Positions 1 through 10,763 of a stretch of DNA of 64,000 bases are shown here, in pieces. The number at the start of each line of letters is the position of its first letter. Position 1 is the first letter of the stretch. Position numbers and translations under genes: made by a program. Below the pieces are notes generated by a model, which saw only the letters and a program-made list of their open reading frames with translations, was not told the DNA's origin and ran no database searches. The DNA comes from a virus. The DNA lies in the IMG/VR virus record IMGVR_UViG_3300045988_167732, positions 96,001 through 160,000 of that record; one strand, written 5' to 3'.

Positions 1-1
1 A

Positions 2-640
2 TTTAAACCAATTCTTTTTAATGAAATAACTCTTGATGTGTTATTTCAATATCGTGAGTGGTTTTTTGCTTTTGTTCCTACTTATGAATATCTTTTAACT
101 TTAAAGAACCCTCGTAATTTTTACCTTTTTCCTGATAAACAACAAATCGTATTTAATAGTACATTGCTTGACTGCCAAAAAGAAAACTTCTTAGTTTCTT
201 GTACTAAAAATTATGATAAAATTGTTCTTGATTACGGTTTTCGTCCAGAACAGTTGCACAAGAAATACCTTGAATCAGGAAGTGCTTTATTTGAAGACAC
301 TGATAAATTAATTATGGATTTAAAAAAGCAAAATAAAAAAGACCTTTTCATTTTCTTATATTATATTATGGAACATGTTTGGGGAGCTTTAACTGTAATT
401 TGGGCTTTTAGAGATTTAATAAAAGAAAGATATCCTATAGCTACAATGCTTAATAGAAGTTGTTTTGGTACTCACGTTACTGACCTTACTTATTATTCTA
501 CAAGTGAATTGAAAGTCTATGAAAATACTCTAAGGAAAAATAAATTTGATTGTAATCTTTTGCCTATTACACGAATTAGCAGGGACATGGAAAAGTGTAT
601 TTATTATCACGGTTTTAATGAACATGGGGATGATTATTAA
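2..640 (+). CDS. hypothetical protein, 5' truncated by window edge
   Basis: Frame is open from base 2 through the listed ORF 38..640; TAA stop overlapping next ATG. Confidence 0.7.
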   Translation, partial: FKPILFNEITLDVLFQYREWFFAFVPTYEYLLTLKNPRNFYLFPDKQQIVFNSTLLDCQKENFLVSCTKNYDKIVLDYGFRPEQLHKKYLESGSALFEDTDKLIMDLKKQNKKDLFIFLYYIMEHVWGALTVIWAFRDLIKERYPIATMLNRSCFGTHVTDLTYYSTSELKVYENTLRKNKFDCNLLPITRISRDMEKCIYYHGFNEHGDDY

Positions 641-1497
641 TGGAAAATAAAACAATTACTTATGGGGATATTAGAAAACAGTTTGCTTCTTTCTTAAAGA
701 TTCTTAGTGAAACTCCTTTTAAATTTTTCTTTGACAATAAAGAGGTTTGTCCTGATAAATTCGCTATATTGTTTAATTATCTTGAACCGACTCTTCCAAT
801 ACTTCCTTATATTACTATGCTCAGAACTGAAAATCCTTATGTAACTGTTCCATTTTTCGTGAATAATCCTTTTTTTGACTATGAAAAGAACAAAGATGGA
901 TTTAAAATAATTAAATTTAATTCTTGGGTTGGTTATTATACTGGAATGAATACTTCTTTTAGTGCAGATTTCATTGTTAAAAATGACGCCATTAAAAATT
1001 ATAGTCTAATGTATAAATATCTCAAGGCTTTAAAAAATTGTGTTTCAATTATAGATGATTTTTTTCTTATGCTTGATGCCCCAAAAAATTATCTTAATCC
1101 TATTTATAAAGGTATTTCTTCAAAAGCTATTAAGATTTTAAATGACTTGTTGGGATTTTATGGCAATTATATTTTGGTGAAAAAGAAGGGTATAAGTCGA
1201 TATCCAGCAAATGACAGGATTTATGACAGAATTTATATTCGGGACACTCAACCAAACACCCAAGTTGTTTATAATTTTGATGGTAATAATCCCCTCTTCC
1301 CTATTACTGCCGATTTAGCTCCTATTAGGGGGGGAGAAGGAACAAATTTCTTTGAAACCATTCCTCACACAAGATTTAATAATATTGCCGCTGAAATCAT
1401 TGGGGGAGAAATTGAAGGAGAATTTGACAGAACTTTGCGTGAAAATGCTCACAGAGTTGTTGCAGAATGTACTGAATTATTGAGGACAGCCACATGA
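640..1497 (+). CDS. hypothetical protein (285 aa)
   Basis: Long ORF, tightly packed with neighbours. Confidence 0.8.
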   Translation: MENKTITYGDIRKQFASFLKILSETPFKFFFDNKEVCPDKFAILFNYLEPTLPILPYITMLRTENPYVTVPFFVNNPFFDYEKNKDGFKIIKFNSWVGYYTGMNTSFSADFIVKNDAIKNYSLMYKYLKALKNCVSIIDDFFLMLDAPKNYLNPIYKGISSKAIKILNDLLGFYGNYILVKKKGISRYPANDRIYDRIYIRDTQPNTQVVYNFDGNNPLFPITADLAPIRGGEGTNFFETIPHTRFNNIAAEIIGGEIEGEFDRTLRENAHRVVAECTELLRTAT

Positions 1498-2318
1498 TTT
1501 ATTTAGATATGTATGGCATAGATGAATATCAAGACGAAAAAGCTAAAATCCTTTCTAAAGGTGAAAAGCCTAACAGACATAATATTGTTCAATTTATTGC
1601 GGCTATGACTTGCTTGACGAAAGATTTAGGTGATATGGATTTTGGGGAATTTGTTTATAAAAAGCCTGAGAACAAAAATGATTGGATGATTCTTTATAGC
1701 ATTTCTAAAAAATTCGATGCTATTCTTGAATATTTCTATGAATTGATTGTATGGCAACCAAGTTGGTTTGTGTCTTTAGTAAGTAATGCTTCATTATGGA
1801 GTGGAAAAACAAGTCGAAAGCTGCCACAACCTTTTACTTATCTTAATGATGGTACATCTTATAACAACCTATTAAATAGTAAACATTTCCATATTACTTG
1901 GTTTGATATTGCCGAAAGAAGAGTAGTTTTTGAAGAAAATGAGGTTATTATTAATAAAGCATTTGAACGTGCATTAAACGGCAACAACAAAATTTGTAAT
2001 AAGTATTTTGGAAGTTTGGGATTTTATATTACTCGTCATTGGCATGATTTACAATTTGCATTTGCTCTTTTAAATTATTTAACAATTCGTATTACTCTTG
2101 ATAAATATGAAAAGGAATCTTGTATTTGGCGCACTTTAGAACAACATAATATTATAAATAATCCAAAAAATTGTAATGAAATAAGACAAACAATGGTTAC
2201 AATTCACAAGCTTCATTTGTCTATTAATGCAGTTAATTCAATATTAAATTTTAATTCTGATTCTATTGCTACTGAAAAAGAAAGAGCGCGTAATAATTAT
2301 TACAATTACTGGATTTAA
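1494..2318 (+). CDS. hypothetical protein (274 aa)
   Basis: Long ORF overlapping previous stop. Confidence 0.8.
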   Translation: MIYLDMYGIDEYQDEKAKILSKGEKPNRHNIVQFIAAMTCLTKDLGDMDFGEFVYKKPENKNDWMILYSISKKFDAILEYFYELIVWQPSWFVSLVSNASLWSGKTSRKLPQPFTYLNDGTSYNNLLNSKHFHITWFDIAERRVVFEENEVIINKAFERALNGNNKICNKYFGSLGFYITRHWHDLQFAFALLNYLTIRITLDKYEKESCIWRTLEQHNIINNPKNCNEIRQTMVTIHKLHLSINAVNSILNFNSDSIATEKERARNNYYNYWI

Positions 2319-2349
2319 AATAAATTAATTTAAAAAGGAGATAACTATA

Positions 2350-2790
2350 ATGCCTAAATCTCGTATGGCACGCAATTTTAAAGCTCGCAAAAATAGTTCT
2401 ATTAATTACACACTTCTTGCTCGTCAAAAGGAATTTCCTAAGTTGATTTGCAAGAAGAACCTTCCCACTCCTGATACCAAAGATAGTGACAATCCTAATA
2501 ATGTCAAGTACATTCTTAAGGAAAATGATACTCAGTGTACTATCTTCTCTACAGAGCTTAAATCTCAGGATAATCACAAAGACCCTCTTTATTTAATTGT
2601 GGGTGCTCTTACTGGTGCTCTTCTTCTTACTGATAAGGAAATTGAAGAGTATTTTGATTTGACTCCTATGATTGATAAGAAGCTCACCCTTAAGGACGCT
2701 CCTTATAAGAATACTGGCGTTAAGATTGAGTATGACACAAATGATATTCCTACAGATATTGTCGATTTTAAGGGTGCCCCCATTAAGTAA
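2350..2790 (+). CDS. hypothetical protein (146 aa)
   Basis: ORF preceded by AAAAAGGAG. Confidence 0.8.
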   Translation: MPKSRMARNFKARKNSSINYTLLARQKEFPKLICKKNLPTPDTKDSDNPNNVKYILKENDTQCTIFSTELKSQDNHKDPLYLIVGALTGALLLTDKEIEEYFDLTPMIDKKLTLKDAPYKNTGVKIEYDTNDIPTDIVDFKGAPIK

Positions 2791-2801
2791 AGGAGAATAA
2801 T

Positions 2802-4940
2802 ATGAAAAAGAATGATTTCCCCACTAACCCCGTAGCTTTTGCTCAATATGTTTGGGAAAATATTGAAGTTGGAGACACATTGGTTGATAGACTTCGCAAT
2901 GTTTGGCAAGTAACTTCCTTTGTAAGTGACGGCAATCGTAAAGTAAGAATTAACATTAGTTGTACTGACAACGAAGATTTTACGGGTTGTTATAACGGGG
3001 ATAAAAAGAAATTAACTCGTTTTGACCTTGCTTCCAAGCAATATATTTATATTGACAACACAGTTGTTCCTATTCCTGCTGTTGAAGATTGGAATATTAA
3101 AACCTTTGTTCAGAACTATAATACTCTTTGGAGTATCCTTGATGTATTAAAGATTCCAACAAAAGAAGAATGCGCAGATATTTTTTCTATTTTTTATTTA
3201 ACTCAAGAAACTGAAAGAGATTTAGAGGAAAAGAATAAGAAGCTATCTACTTGCAGAACACTTAAAGATTTAAAATCCAAATTCTCAGAATACGATTTAG
3301 ATGGAGACAAGCTTCGAGAAAAATGTGTTAATTGTCTCCCAAAAGAGGACACAAAAATGACAGAAAACGAAAAAAATTACTTCCTTAAAAATAAGGGAAA
3401 AACGGGTGTCGATACCCAATTAAAATCCGCATTTTATTCGCAGGAAGATTTGGATGCCGCTATTGAAAAAATTGGTGACTTCCTTGAAACCCATACAAAT
3501 ACTGCTAAAAACAAATGTAAAGAATCCGTTAAGAAATTTACAGGCTTTTCTGATGAGGATTTGGATGAAATTTGTACACGAGTGGTGGACACTTTTTATT
3601 CGGCTTCCGATTTTTCTAAGAAAACTTTCGACGAATTTAAGAGCTGGATGAAAGAAAAGTATAATAACTGTACAAAAGAGGTTAAAGAAGAATCTAAAGA
3701 GGAACCTAAAACTAAGACTGAAACTGTTAAAGTAAACAATAATCAGTCTGTTATTACCGTTGATAATAATGATACGGATACTGGAACGCATAAGGTTGGT
3801 AGTACTGATACAGAACAGCCAAAGCCTGTCTTTAAGCTCGGTGATGTTGTCTATACTAAGGGAGAATCTGTTGGCTATATTTCTCGTATTGGGTATACTG
3901 ATAGATATTGTTATTATTATTGGACACCAATTATCGTTTCTTCTAATGATAAGACACTTAAACATTTTATGGTGGATGAAGAAAGGGGCTTAACTTATCC
4001 CTATGAAACCCATTATAAGCGTATTGGCAATTACCTTATGTCTGACCTTAATTGCGTTAAGGAAATGGCTCGTATTGATTCTGTTTATAAGTTAAGTGAA
4101 GATAATCTTAAGCAGTTTCCTTATCTTGATAAGTATATAAATAACTTTAAAGATAATGAAGACGAAGAAAACGAAGGAGATACAGAAGATACAACCGACT
4201 TTATTAACAGACCTTTCCATATCGGAGATATTGTAATTGATAAAAATGGAAACGTAGGTTATATTTCTGAAATTTGTTCCAGAGATAATACTTGGTTTTA
4301 TTATTATGTTCCTGTTGTTATTGAACCTAACCATATTGCTTTTAAGATTCAAAAACCTCTCGATGTTACCCTTGAAAATTATATTCAAATTGGAGCATGG
4401 GATTTAACTTATAGTGGAGCAAGAAAAAATCTTTCTCGTTTTAAAGAATTTAAGAATTTATCTTTAACTTATAACAAGGAACTCCCCGAAGAACTTCTTA
4501 AAGAATTTCTTGATAGAAACAAAGAATCCCTTAGTAAAAAGAAGACCGATGAAAAAGATAATAATACATCTACAACAGATAATGCAACACCTCCATCCAG
4601 CAGAAAAGTTGTTAGTGCTGATTCACTTCCTAATTATCTTAGTAAGCTTCATCTTACTGATTCTGCTTATAGCTATGAAGTAAATACTAAACTTACTACT
4701 GACATTGTTCGTAAGCTGAATGAAGTTATCGAAACTCTTGATGATATTATTTGGTATCACCTTCAAGAAAAAGAAAGATAGAACGAATTGAAAGGCACAC
4801 TACCATCATCTGAAAAGGTTAGTAATTATTCCTCTGTTTATAATACAGTTCGAAAAAATGCCGATATTTCATGGCCATCATGGAAAAAGGAAGTTTTTAA
4901 TAATAGTTGCGCTATTTCAACACACGCAAAAAAATTGTAA
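2802..4940 (+). CDS. hypothetical protein with two tandem GD(V/I)V..GYIS repeat domains (712 aa with TAG=Gln)
   Basis: ORF 2802..4781 ends in TAG; reading through adds QNELKGTLPSSEKVSNYSSVYNTVRKNADISWPSWKKEV... up to TAA at 4938-4940, immediately before a terminator. Confidence 0.75.
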
Positions 4941-4967
4941 TGAAGTAATTGAATCATAATTTATTTT

Positions 4968-5012
4968 AAACTTGTTTATCTCATATCGGATAAACAAGTT
5001 TATTTTTTATTT
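4968..5012 (+). terminator. intrinsic terminator
   Basis: AAACTTGTTTATC-tcatatcg-GATAAACAAGTTT perfect 13-bp stem followed by ATTTTTTATTTT. Confidence 0.85.
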
Positions 5013-5022
5013 TAAATTGTAC

Positions 5023-5051
5023 TTGGCACCTTGACTTTTATGTGTTATACT
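5023..5051 (+). promoter_or_regulatory. sigma70-type promoter
   Basis: TTGGCA-17-TATACT upstream of CDS 5120. Confidence 0.6.
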
Positions 5052-5119
5052 ATATATGGGTTAATAGAATTTGCCGTATTGTGCAATTATTAATACTACT
5101 TATGTAAAGGAGATAATTT

Positions 5120-6547
5120 ATGGCTGAATAGAAATAGAGCCTTTATCTTAGAGTTTAGGAAAAATTATCTAATGTTTCTACTGTTAATAGTTATAAAGAA
5201 CTTTGTAAATTACTGGACGAACCTGATTATTCTCGTCCTTCAAAAGCTGCTCAACTTAAAAGACAAGAAAAAGAATGGAAGAAATGTTTTACATGGAGAA
5301 GAAAAAAAGAAAAATATACTTCAATAAAAATAGTTTCTCCTGATGAATATTATTTGGCTATTTTAAAACAGCTTTATCAAAATAGCTCTATTTGGGCTTT
5401 CTTTTCTTTTTTGAATGTTTATAGTCAATATACTAATAACGCAAGACTTTGTGTTTCTAAAGGAGATATTGCTTTAGCCGTTGGTTTACAAAATGAAAAC
5501 TATAAAGATTTTCATGTTTCTTCTTATAGTTACGGTAGAAGATTAGAAGAATATACTTTAGGTTTAAAAGATTCTAAATATCCTTTTGTTACTACTCCTA
5601 AAAAAGAAATTAGAGAACAAAGAAAAAAAGATGATGAATCTGCTTATGGTTTAACTAAACGTACACAAAATTTACTCGATGATTATGATTCTCATACTTC
5701 TAAGCAAAATTATTATCAAGTTGAATCTATGTTAAACAAACTTGAAGAAGAAGGCGCTATTCTCCTTCATAAAACCTTTGTGGGAGGATTTATTGATAAA
5801 AAAGCACTTCCTTTTGATGCTGATTATTCAACTATATATGAAGAAAATGGTAATTTTTATTTGCCTGTTAAAAATGGAGAACCTTTATTAGTTACTTATT
5901 ATGAAAGAGCTTTAACAGATGAAGAATTGGCTAACTTCCTTAACTTACGTGGCTCTATAATGGTTGATTTAAAATGTCATGGATTATCAGAAGTTTTCAT
6001 TTCTGGTCAACAAGATGATTTTAATAAGAAACTTTCTAAATCTTAGTTAATAGAATTTGGTGCTTTATTTATTTACCCTTCTTATTTAATAAATTATTCT
6101 TCCGACCTTGTAGCATTAAATCAATCTTATTATAAAACTCTTATGGCTAATTTTTATAATGAACAGCTACTTAAGAAAAATTTAACAGCTAATAATAAAG
6201 AAACACAACAAAAAATACTTAAACTAAAAACTGAAAGATAGTCTAAAGAAAAAGGCAAGTGCCGAAATACTTTTACTAAGCATGATGGAACTGTTGTGTT
6301 TTCTGATAAAAAAGAAGAAGAAGCAGTACAGCTTTCGCAATATTATGAAGCTTTCTTATACGAAAAGCTAAATAAAGACCTTATTCAACTTAATTTAGAT
6401 AAACTTATACCTCAAAATCTTGAATCTCTTTCTTCTAATTCTACAGAAAAAAGCTCTACTTGGGAAAGCTTGTTTAATAAATCTTGGACTAAAATTAAAA
6501 ATACCGAAAATTATTAGAAAAATTAGATTGTGGTTCCAGATACATAA
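5120..6547 (+). CDS. hypothetical protein (475 aa, TAG=Gln)
   Basis: AAAGGAGATAATTT RBS, ATG GCT GAA TAG AAA TAG AGC...; a single frame runs through 7 TAGs and joins ORFs 5354..6046 and 6296..6517; TAA at 6545-6547. Confidence 0.8.
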
Positions 6548-6600
6548 TTTGTGAGCCTCTTTAATTGTCATTTTCCCCTTATTTTTTCTATATTTAATTT

Positions 6601-6672
6601 TTTAAAAGTGTCCTGACTTTCGTAAGTATAATAATTATTTATAATAATAGAGAAAGTCAAGACACTTTTAAA
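6601..6672. repeat. long inverted repeat / stem-loop
   Basis: 21-nt arms (6601-6621 / 6652-6672), 20 of 21 paired, followed by a T-tract. Confidence 0.7.
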
Positions 6673-6719
6673 AATTTTTTCGTAGATAAAATAAGGCTTT
6701 AATGAACTTTTTAGAGGCT

Positions 6720-7030
6720 CAAGAGTTTGTACTTCAGCACCGTTATTTTAAAAACCACACGACAGAAAATGAAAGAAAGGTTAGAGTTTGTTGAAGTGAG
6801 CCTTGCGAACGATTACAAACTCTTACTCCTTTCTTCATTTGGCAGTCGTAACCGCGAGAGGATGTTTGCATTATGAAAGAGAGAGCATTAGCGACGGATG
6901 GAGCGTAATGCGACCATCTTTCATAATGATACAAACACCGCATCACGGTGGATTATCGGCGAAGCACCTTCGTAATAATAAATTATCGTAATGAAGCACT
7001 TTCGTAATAATAACAAAAAATCTTTATTAA
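6720..7030 (+). ncRNA. candidate structured non-coding region
   Basis: Several nested inverted repeats (6768-6839; ~6861-6948) and direct repeats GAAGCAC(C/T)TTCGTAATAATAA; no convincing ORF. Confidence 0.4.
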
Positions 7031-7034
7031 ACTA

Positions 7035-7063
7035 TTGACTTTTTACTCTATATCTGTTATTAT
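7035..7063 (+). promoter_or_regulatory. sigma70-type promoter
   Basis: TTGACT-17-TATTAT. Confidence 0.6.
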
Positions 7064-7083
7064 ATCTATGCTGAGAAAGATAA

Positions 7084-7518
7084 TTGATAAAATATAAGTA
7101 CCTTTCTTTCGTAACACCAAAATTCTGGAAGTTCTTAGTGAAGTGGAGTGCTTGCACGAACACTAAACTTAGAACTTCCCCTGTGAATGGAGTTTGTATT
7201 ATGAAATCTATGAAACTTAATACCTCTGCTAAGTATAAAAACAATAAGTTCCAGATTAAGTATCTTAAATATAAGAGATATAATATGGTCTTATTTGCTA
7301 CTTACTCTACAGGATATAATAACGATAATGTCTTTTTACATAGATACGAACCTTTTATCTATTTTGATAGAACTTCAAGAACTCTTCATTATGTAAGTGA
7401 TATTGACTATATTACTTACTATGGAGCTGATATTAACATTAAACCTCTTATGATTCGTTTTGGTATTAATGCTTGGAGATATCTTACTCAGGAATATAAT
7501 GAGAATAATCGTGAGTAA
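7084..7518 (+). CDS. hypothetical protein; true start may be an internal ATG
   Basis: ORF; the 5' part overlaps a strong inverted repeat (GGAAGTTCT..AGAACTTCC), so the N-terminus is doubtful. Confidence 0.55.
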   Translation: MIKYKYLSFVTPKFWKFLVKWSACTNTKLRTSPVNGVCIMKSMKLNTSAKYKNNKFQIKYLKYKRYNMVLFATYSTGYNNDNVFLHRYEPFIYFDRTSRTLHYVSDIDYITYYGADINIKPLMIRFGINAWRYLTQEYNENNRE

Positions 7519-7568
7519 TGCTCACGCAATAATAACGTGCTTGATTAAAAAATAAAGGAAGTGTAATT

Positions 7569-8063
7569 ATGGGTTCTATTCTTACTCATACGTTTGGTAC
7601 TTATACTGTATTTCGTACTATTCATTCTATCTATGAGAATACTAATGAGGTCGCTCCTTGTATCGTAGCTTTTACTCCTTGTGATGATATGATGTTAAGT
7701 ACTAGTACTATGGAGTATGAACTTCAAGATATATTCGATACTTTTGATTATCTTTTGAAAAATCAGTTTGACCTTTTTGCTAAGTCTGCTATCTATGAAG
7801 GTAATTCTTCTCCTTTGAATATCTCTGGACTTGTTGATGAAGTTGTTGAAATTATGGAAAAGAATTATAATTTTTATAGATGTAGTATTGAAATTGTTAA
7901 GCCTATTGAAGATGTTTACCTTGAAGAACTAACCGGTATTCGTGATATGAATAAGAAGAAAGAAATTAAGAAAGTTAATATTCAGTTTGCTGACGGTATG
8001 GTTACAGATAAAGATAAAGCTAAGGCTAAGAAGTTGGAAGAAGAATATAACTCTAAAAAATAA
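7569..8063 (+). CDS. hypothetical protein (164 aa)
   Basis: ORF with RBS AAAGGAAG. Confidence 0.8.
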   Translation: MGSILTHTFGTYTVFRTIHSIYENTNEVAPCIVAFTPCDDMMLSTSTMEYELQDIFDTFDYLLKNQFDLFAKSAIYEGNSSPLNISGLVDEVVEIMEKNYNFYRCSIEIVKPIEDVYLEELTGIRDMNKKKEIKKVNIQFADGMVTDKDKAKAKKLEEEYNSKK

Positions 8064-8078
8064 GGAGCAAATTAAATT

Positions 8079-8564
8079 ATGATTACTTATTTTAAATTTA
8101 AAGATATGATTGATATTGCTTATCATAGTAATAATGATTGTTTATATTTGTCTTTTTCTGATGATTATCTTCAAAATAACTCTCCTTTTAAGAATTCTAA
8201 TGACTATCCTATTTATTATACAAAGCGTACCACTGATAATAAAGAAGACCTTGAAAATAATATTGTCAGTATTATTCTTAAGTTACATCCTAATGATATT
8301 TTTGGTTATAACTCTGGTTGCTATATTGAGCATTTCATTAATAAATTCAATAAGAAAATCGGTGTTTATGACTATGACTGGGACAGCTTTTTGAGAGTGT
8401 TCAAAAAACAGCCTTTGCTTAAGTTTACTAAACTTATCATTGGTAACAGTGATGATATTAATGATGAGTACGCTGTTATTTCAGCTTTGTATCTTATGTG
8501 TAAGAATCCTAACTTTGCTACATTGGCAGATGCAGGGTTTAAGTTTATTAATATGGAGGGTTAA
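8079..8564 (+). CDS. hypothetical protein (161 aa), paralog of next gene
   Basis: C-terminus LLKFTKLI..YAVISALYLMCK..AGFKF resembles LSKFTSLI..YAVISCLYTLCN..SGFKL in the next gene. Confidence 0.8.
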   Translation: MITYFKFKDMIDIAYHSNNDCLYLSFSDDYLQNNSPFKNSNDYPIYYTKRTTDNKEDLENNIVSIILKLHPNDIFGYNSGCYIEHFINKFNKKIGVYDYDWDSFLRVFKKQPLLKFTKLIIGNSDDINDEYAVISALYLMCKNPNFATLADAGFKFINMEG

Positions 8565-8567
8565 AAA

Positions 8568-9074
8568 ATGTCTGAACGTATTTATAATTTTCAGGATATC
8601 CTTTATCTTAATTATTATACCGAAGAAGATAGCGAACATCACTTGATTGTTGATAATTTGGCTATTGATATGACTTGGGAGTATTCTCGTGAAAATGCTC
8701 CTTTTGGCAAGAATGGCGATTTGAGTAAGGCTATTGAATTTTGTAATCGTGTAGACAATGTTGTTTATAGAGGTTATAAGTATAGTAAAGATAGCAGTGT
8801 TATTTTTACTACTGGTGTTACTTTTTTGAATTTTACACAGACTGTTCAAGATGCCATTGATAATAAGAATGGTTGGACTATGAAGGGTTTAGCTGAGCTG
8901 TTTGAATCTTTGCCCTTGTCTAAATTTACTTCTCTTATTCAGGTTTGTAGTGATGGCGTTTATATTGATAGTACTTATGCTGTTATTTCTTGTCTGTATA
9001 CTTTGTGTAATGGCTTGAATGTTCCTTTGGTTACTGAGAGCGGGTTTAAGTTGGAAAAGTTTACTATTTCCTAA
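8568..9074 (+). CDS. hypothetical protein (168 aa), paralog of previous gene
   Basis: See previous entry. Confidence 0.8.
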   Translation: MSERIYNFQDILYLNYYTEEDSEHHLIVDNLAIDMTWEYSRENAPFGKNGDLSKAIEFCNRVDNVVYRGYKYSKDSSVIFTTGVTFLNFTQTVQDAIDNKNGWTMKGLAELFESLPLSKFTSLIQVCSDGVYIDSTYAVISCLYTLCNGLNVPLVTESGFKLEKFTIS

Positions 9075-9117
9075 TTGGTATTAAAAATTTTTTAGAATTA
9101 TTTAAGGGGATACTTTT

Positions 9118-9804
9118 ATGAAGTGGTTTGTTGATGGATATATTCTCAATGTTCATTTTGTCTATGATGCATTATCTGATACTCTTACATTTGATGGACA
9201 GAGTAATAGTATTGGTTTAACTGGTGATAAAAGCCATGCGTGTGATGTTGTAAAAGAAAAAATTTATTGTGGTACTGAATATGTGCGTGATGTTAAAATT
9301 AGTAATGCTGAAATTGTAAAGGATAATTGTGAGCATTACCCACGCAATGATTATTTTACTTTTAACTTTTCTAAAACTGTCACGATTATTAAGGCTATAC
9401 AGATTAAGAACTTTACAAGTACTTTATATAATAGATGGCAGAAATTTGAGAAAATTAAGCCCAATGAAAATCCTATCAATGAATCTTGGACTGATTATTA
9501 TGATTATTATACTTGGTACATTTCTTTAGTAGCTACCTTTAGTAATTTCCTTATGCAGAATTATATTAAGGTTCAAGGTAAAAAGCCTTATAAAGAACTT
9601 GAATCTGATATTAATGCTTGGTTTGATTATATTAAGCGAAAGTATAAAGGTGAGACTAAAGTTAAAACTTTTGATAATATTATGAATATTGAAGATTTCT
9701 TTAGAGCTTTGATGTTCTTCTGCTCTGATTTTAAAATTTTTGGCTACATTGATGGCGGTTGGAATGAAGAGTTAAAGTTCGTTGACAGAGGTTTAATGTT
9801 GTGA
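9118..9804 (+). CDS. hypothetical protein (228 aa)
   Basis: ORF. Confidence 0.8.
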   Translation: MKWFVDGYILNVHFVYDALSDTLTFDGQSNSIGLTGDKSHACDVVKEKIYCGTEYVRDVKISNAEIVKDNCEHYPRNDYFTFNFSKTVTIIKAIQIKNFTSTLYNRWQKFEKIKPNENPINESWTDYYDYYTWYISLVATFSNFLMQNYIKVQGKKPYKELESDINAWFDYIKRKYKGETKVKTFDNIMNIEDFFRALMFFCSDFKIFGYIDGGWNEELKFVDRGLML

Positions 9805-10160
9805 AAGTTGTGAAAGAAGATATTTTATTTAAAATTGTTTGTTTAATAACAAATCTTTTCTTTTGAGGTAAGGTAAGATGAATTATGATATTGCGCTTGC
9901 TATGGCACTTGGACTTGCATTATTTGCTTTGGCTGTTTTGATGCCTTTGATTTTATAATAATTGCAAGTATAATATTTTTTATATGAGGATATTATGGAT
10001 TTTAATACTTTTTTAGATTTATGCTTAGCTGTTATGGTCGGAGCTTTAGTAACTGTTTTTGTTGTTCTTCTTTTTTGTGGTCTTGCGTTCATTCTTTATA
10101 ATTTCAAGAAAGTTTTGAAAAAGTAGATGTTTTTTATTCTGAGATGAGGTGTAATTGTAA

Positions 10161-10655
10161 ATGAATAAGGAAGAGTTTATTAAATTGCAAAAAGAAAAGT
10201 TTGATAAACAAATTAAATCTGCTTTTGATAAAGAACCATTTGTAACTATCTTTACTGATGCTATTCAGTCTTCTTGCCATGGTCATTTTTCGTATTGTGA
10301 TATGTATAGTGGTTATAACAGTACATGGGTGGAAAATTTTAAAAGATTGTTTAATGGTACTTTAAGATATCATGTCTATACTATTGATAAATGGGTTAGC
10401 TTTAGATGTAAATGTGGATGTAATTCATTTTATATTTGGGATAGTGGATATGTATGTTCTGAGTGTTTTAAGACCTATTGTTTAAGTATTGAAGGTATTA
10501 TAAAGACATTTGTAAATAAAGAAGATAGTATTGCGCTAAATAGAGTTGAGAATGTTCCTACTATTAGATGGCATAAATTTGGTATGATTGATAAGAATGA
10601 ATTTAATGAGTTTATGAAAAATTGTACTAACCCTGAACAGGTTGTGTACTGGTAA
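10161..10655 (+). CDS. zinc-finger-like protein (164 aa)
   Basis: FRCKCGCNSFYIWDSGYVCSECF Cys pairs. Confidence 0.75.
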   Translation: MNKEEFIKLQKEKFDKQIKSAFDKEPFVTIFTDAIQSSCHGHFSYCDMYSGYNSTWVENFKRLFNGTLRYHVYTIDKWVSFRCKCGCNSFYIWDSGYVCSECFKTYCLSIEGIIKTFVNKEDSIALNRVENVPTIRWHKFGMIDKNEFNEFMKNCTNPEQVVYW

Positions 10656-10763
10656 ATAAATTTACCAAAACAGGAGGTTTATTGATAATGGATAAGATTA
10701 CTTATTTAAGAAAGACTAAAGAGAAAATTAACAAAGAGTATTTAAAAAAATTGCATGGAATAG

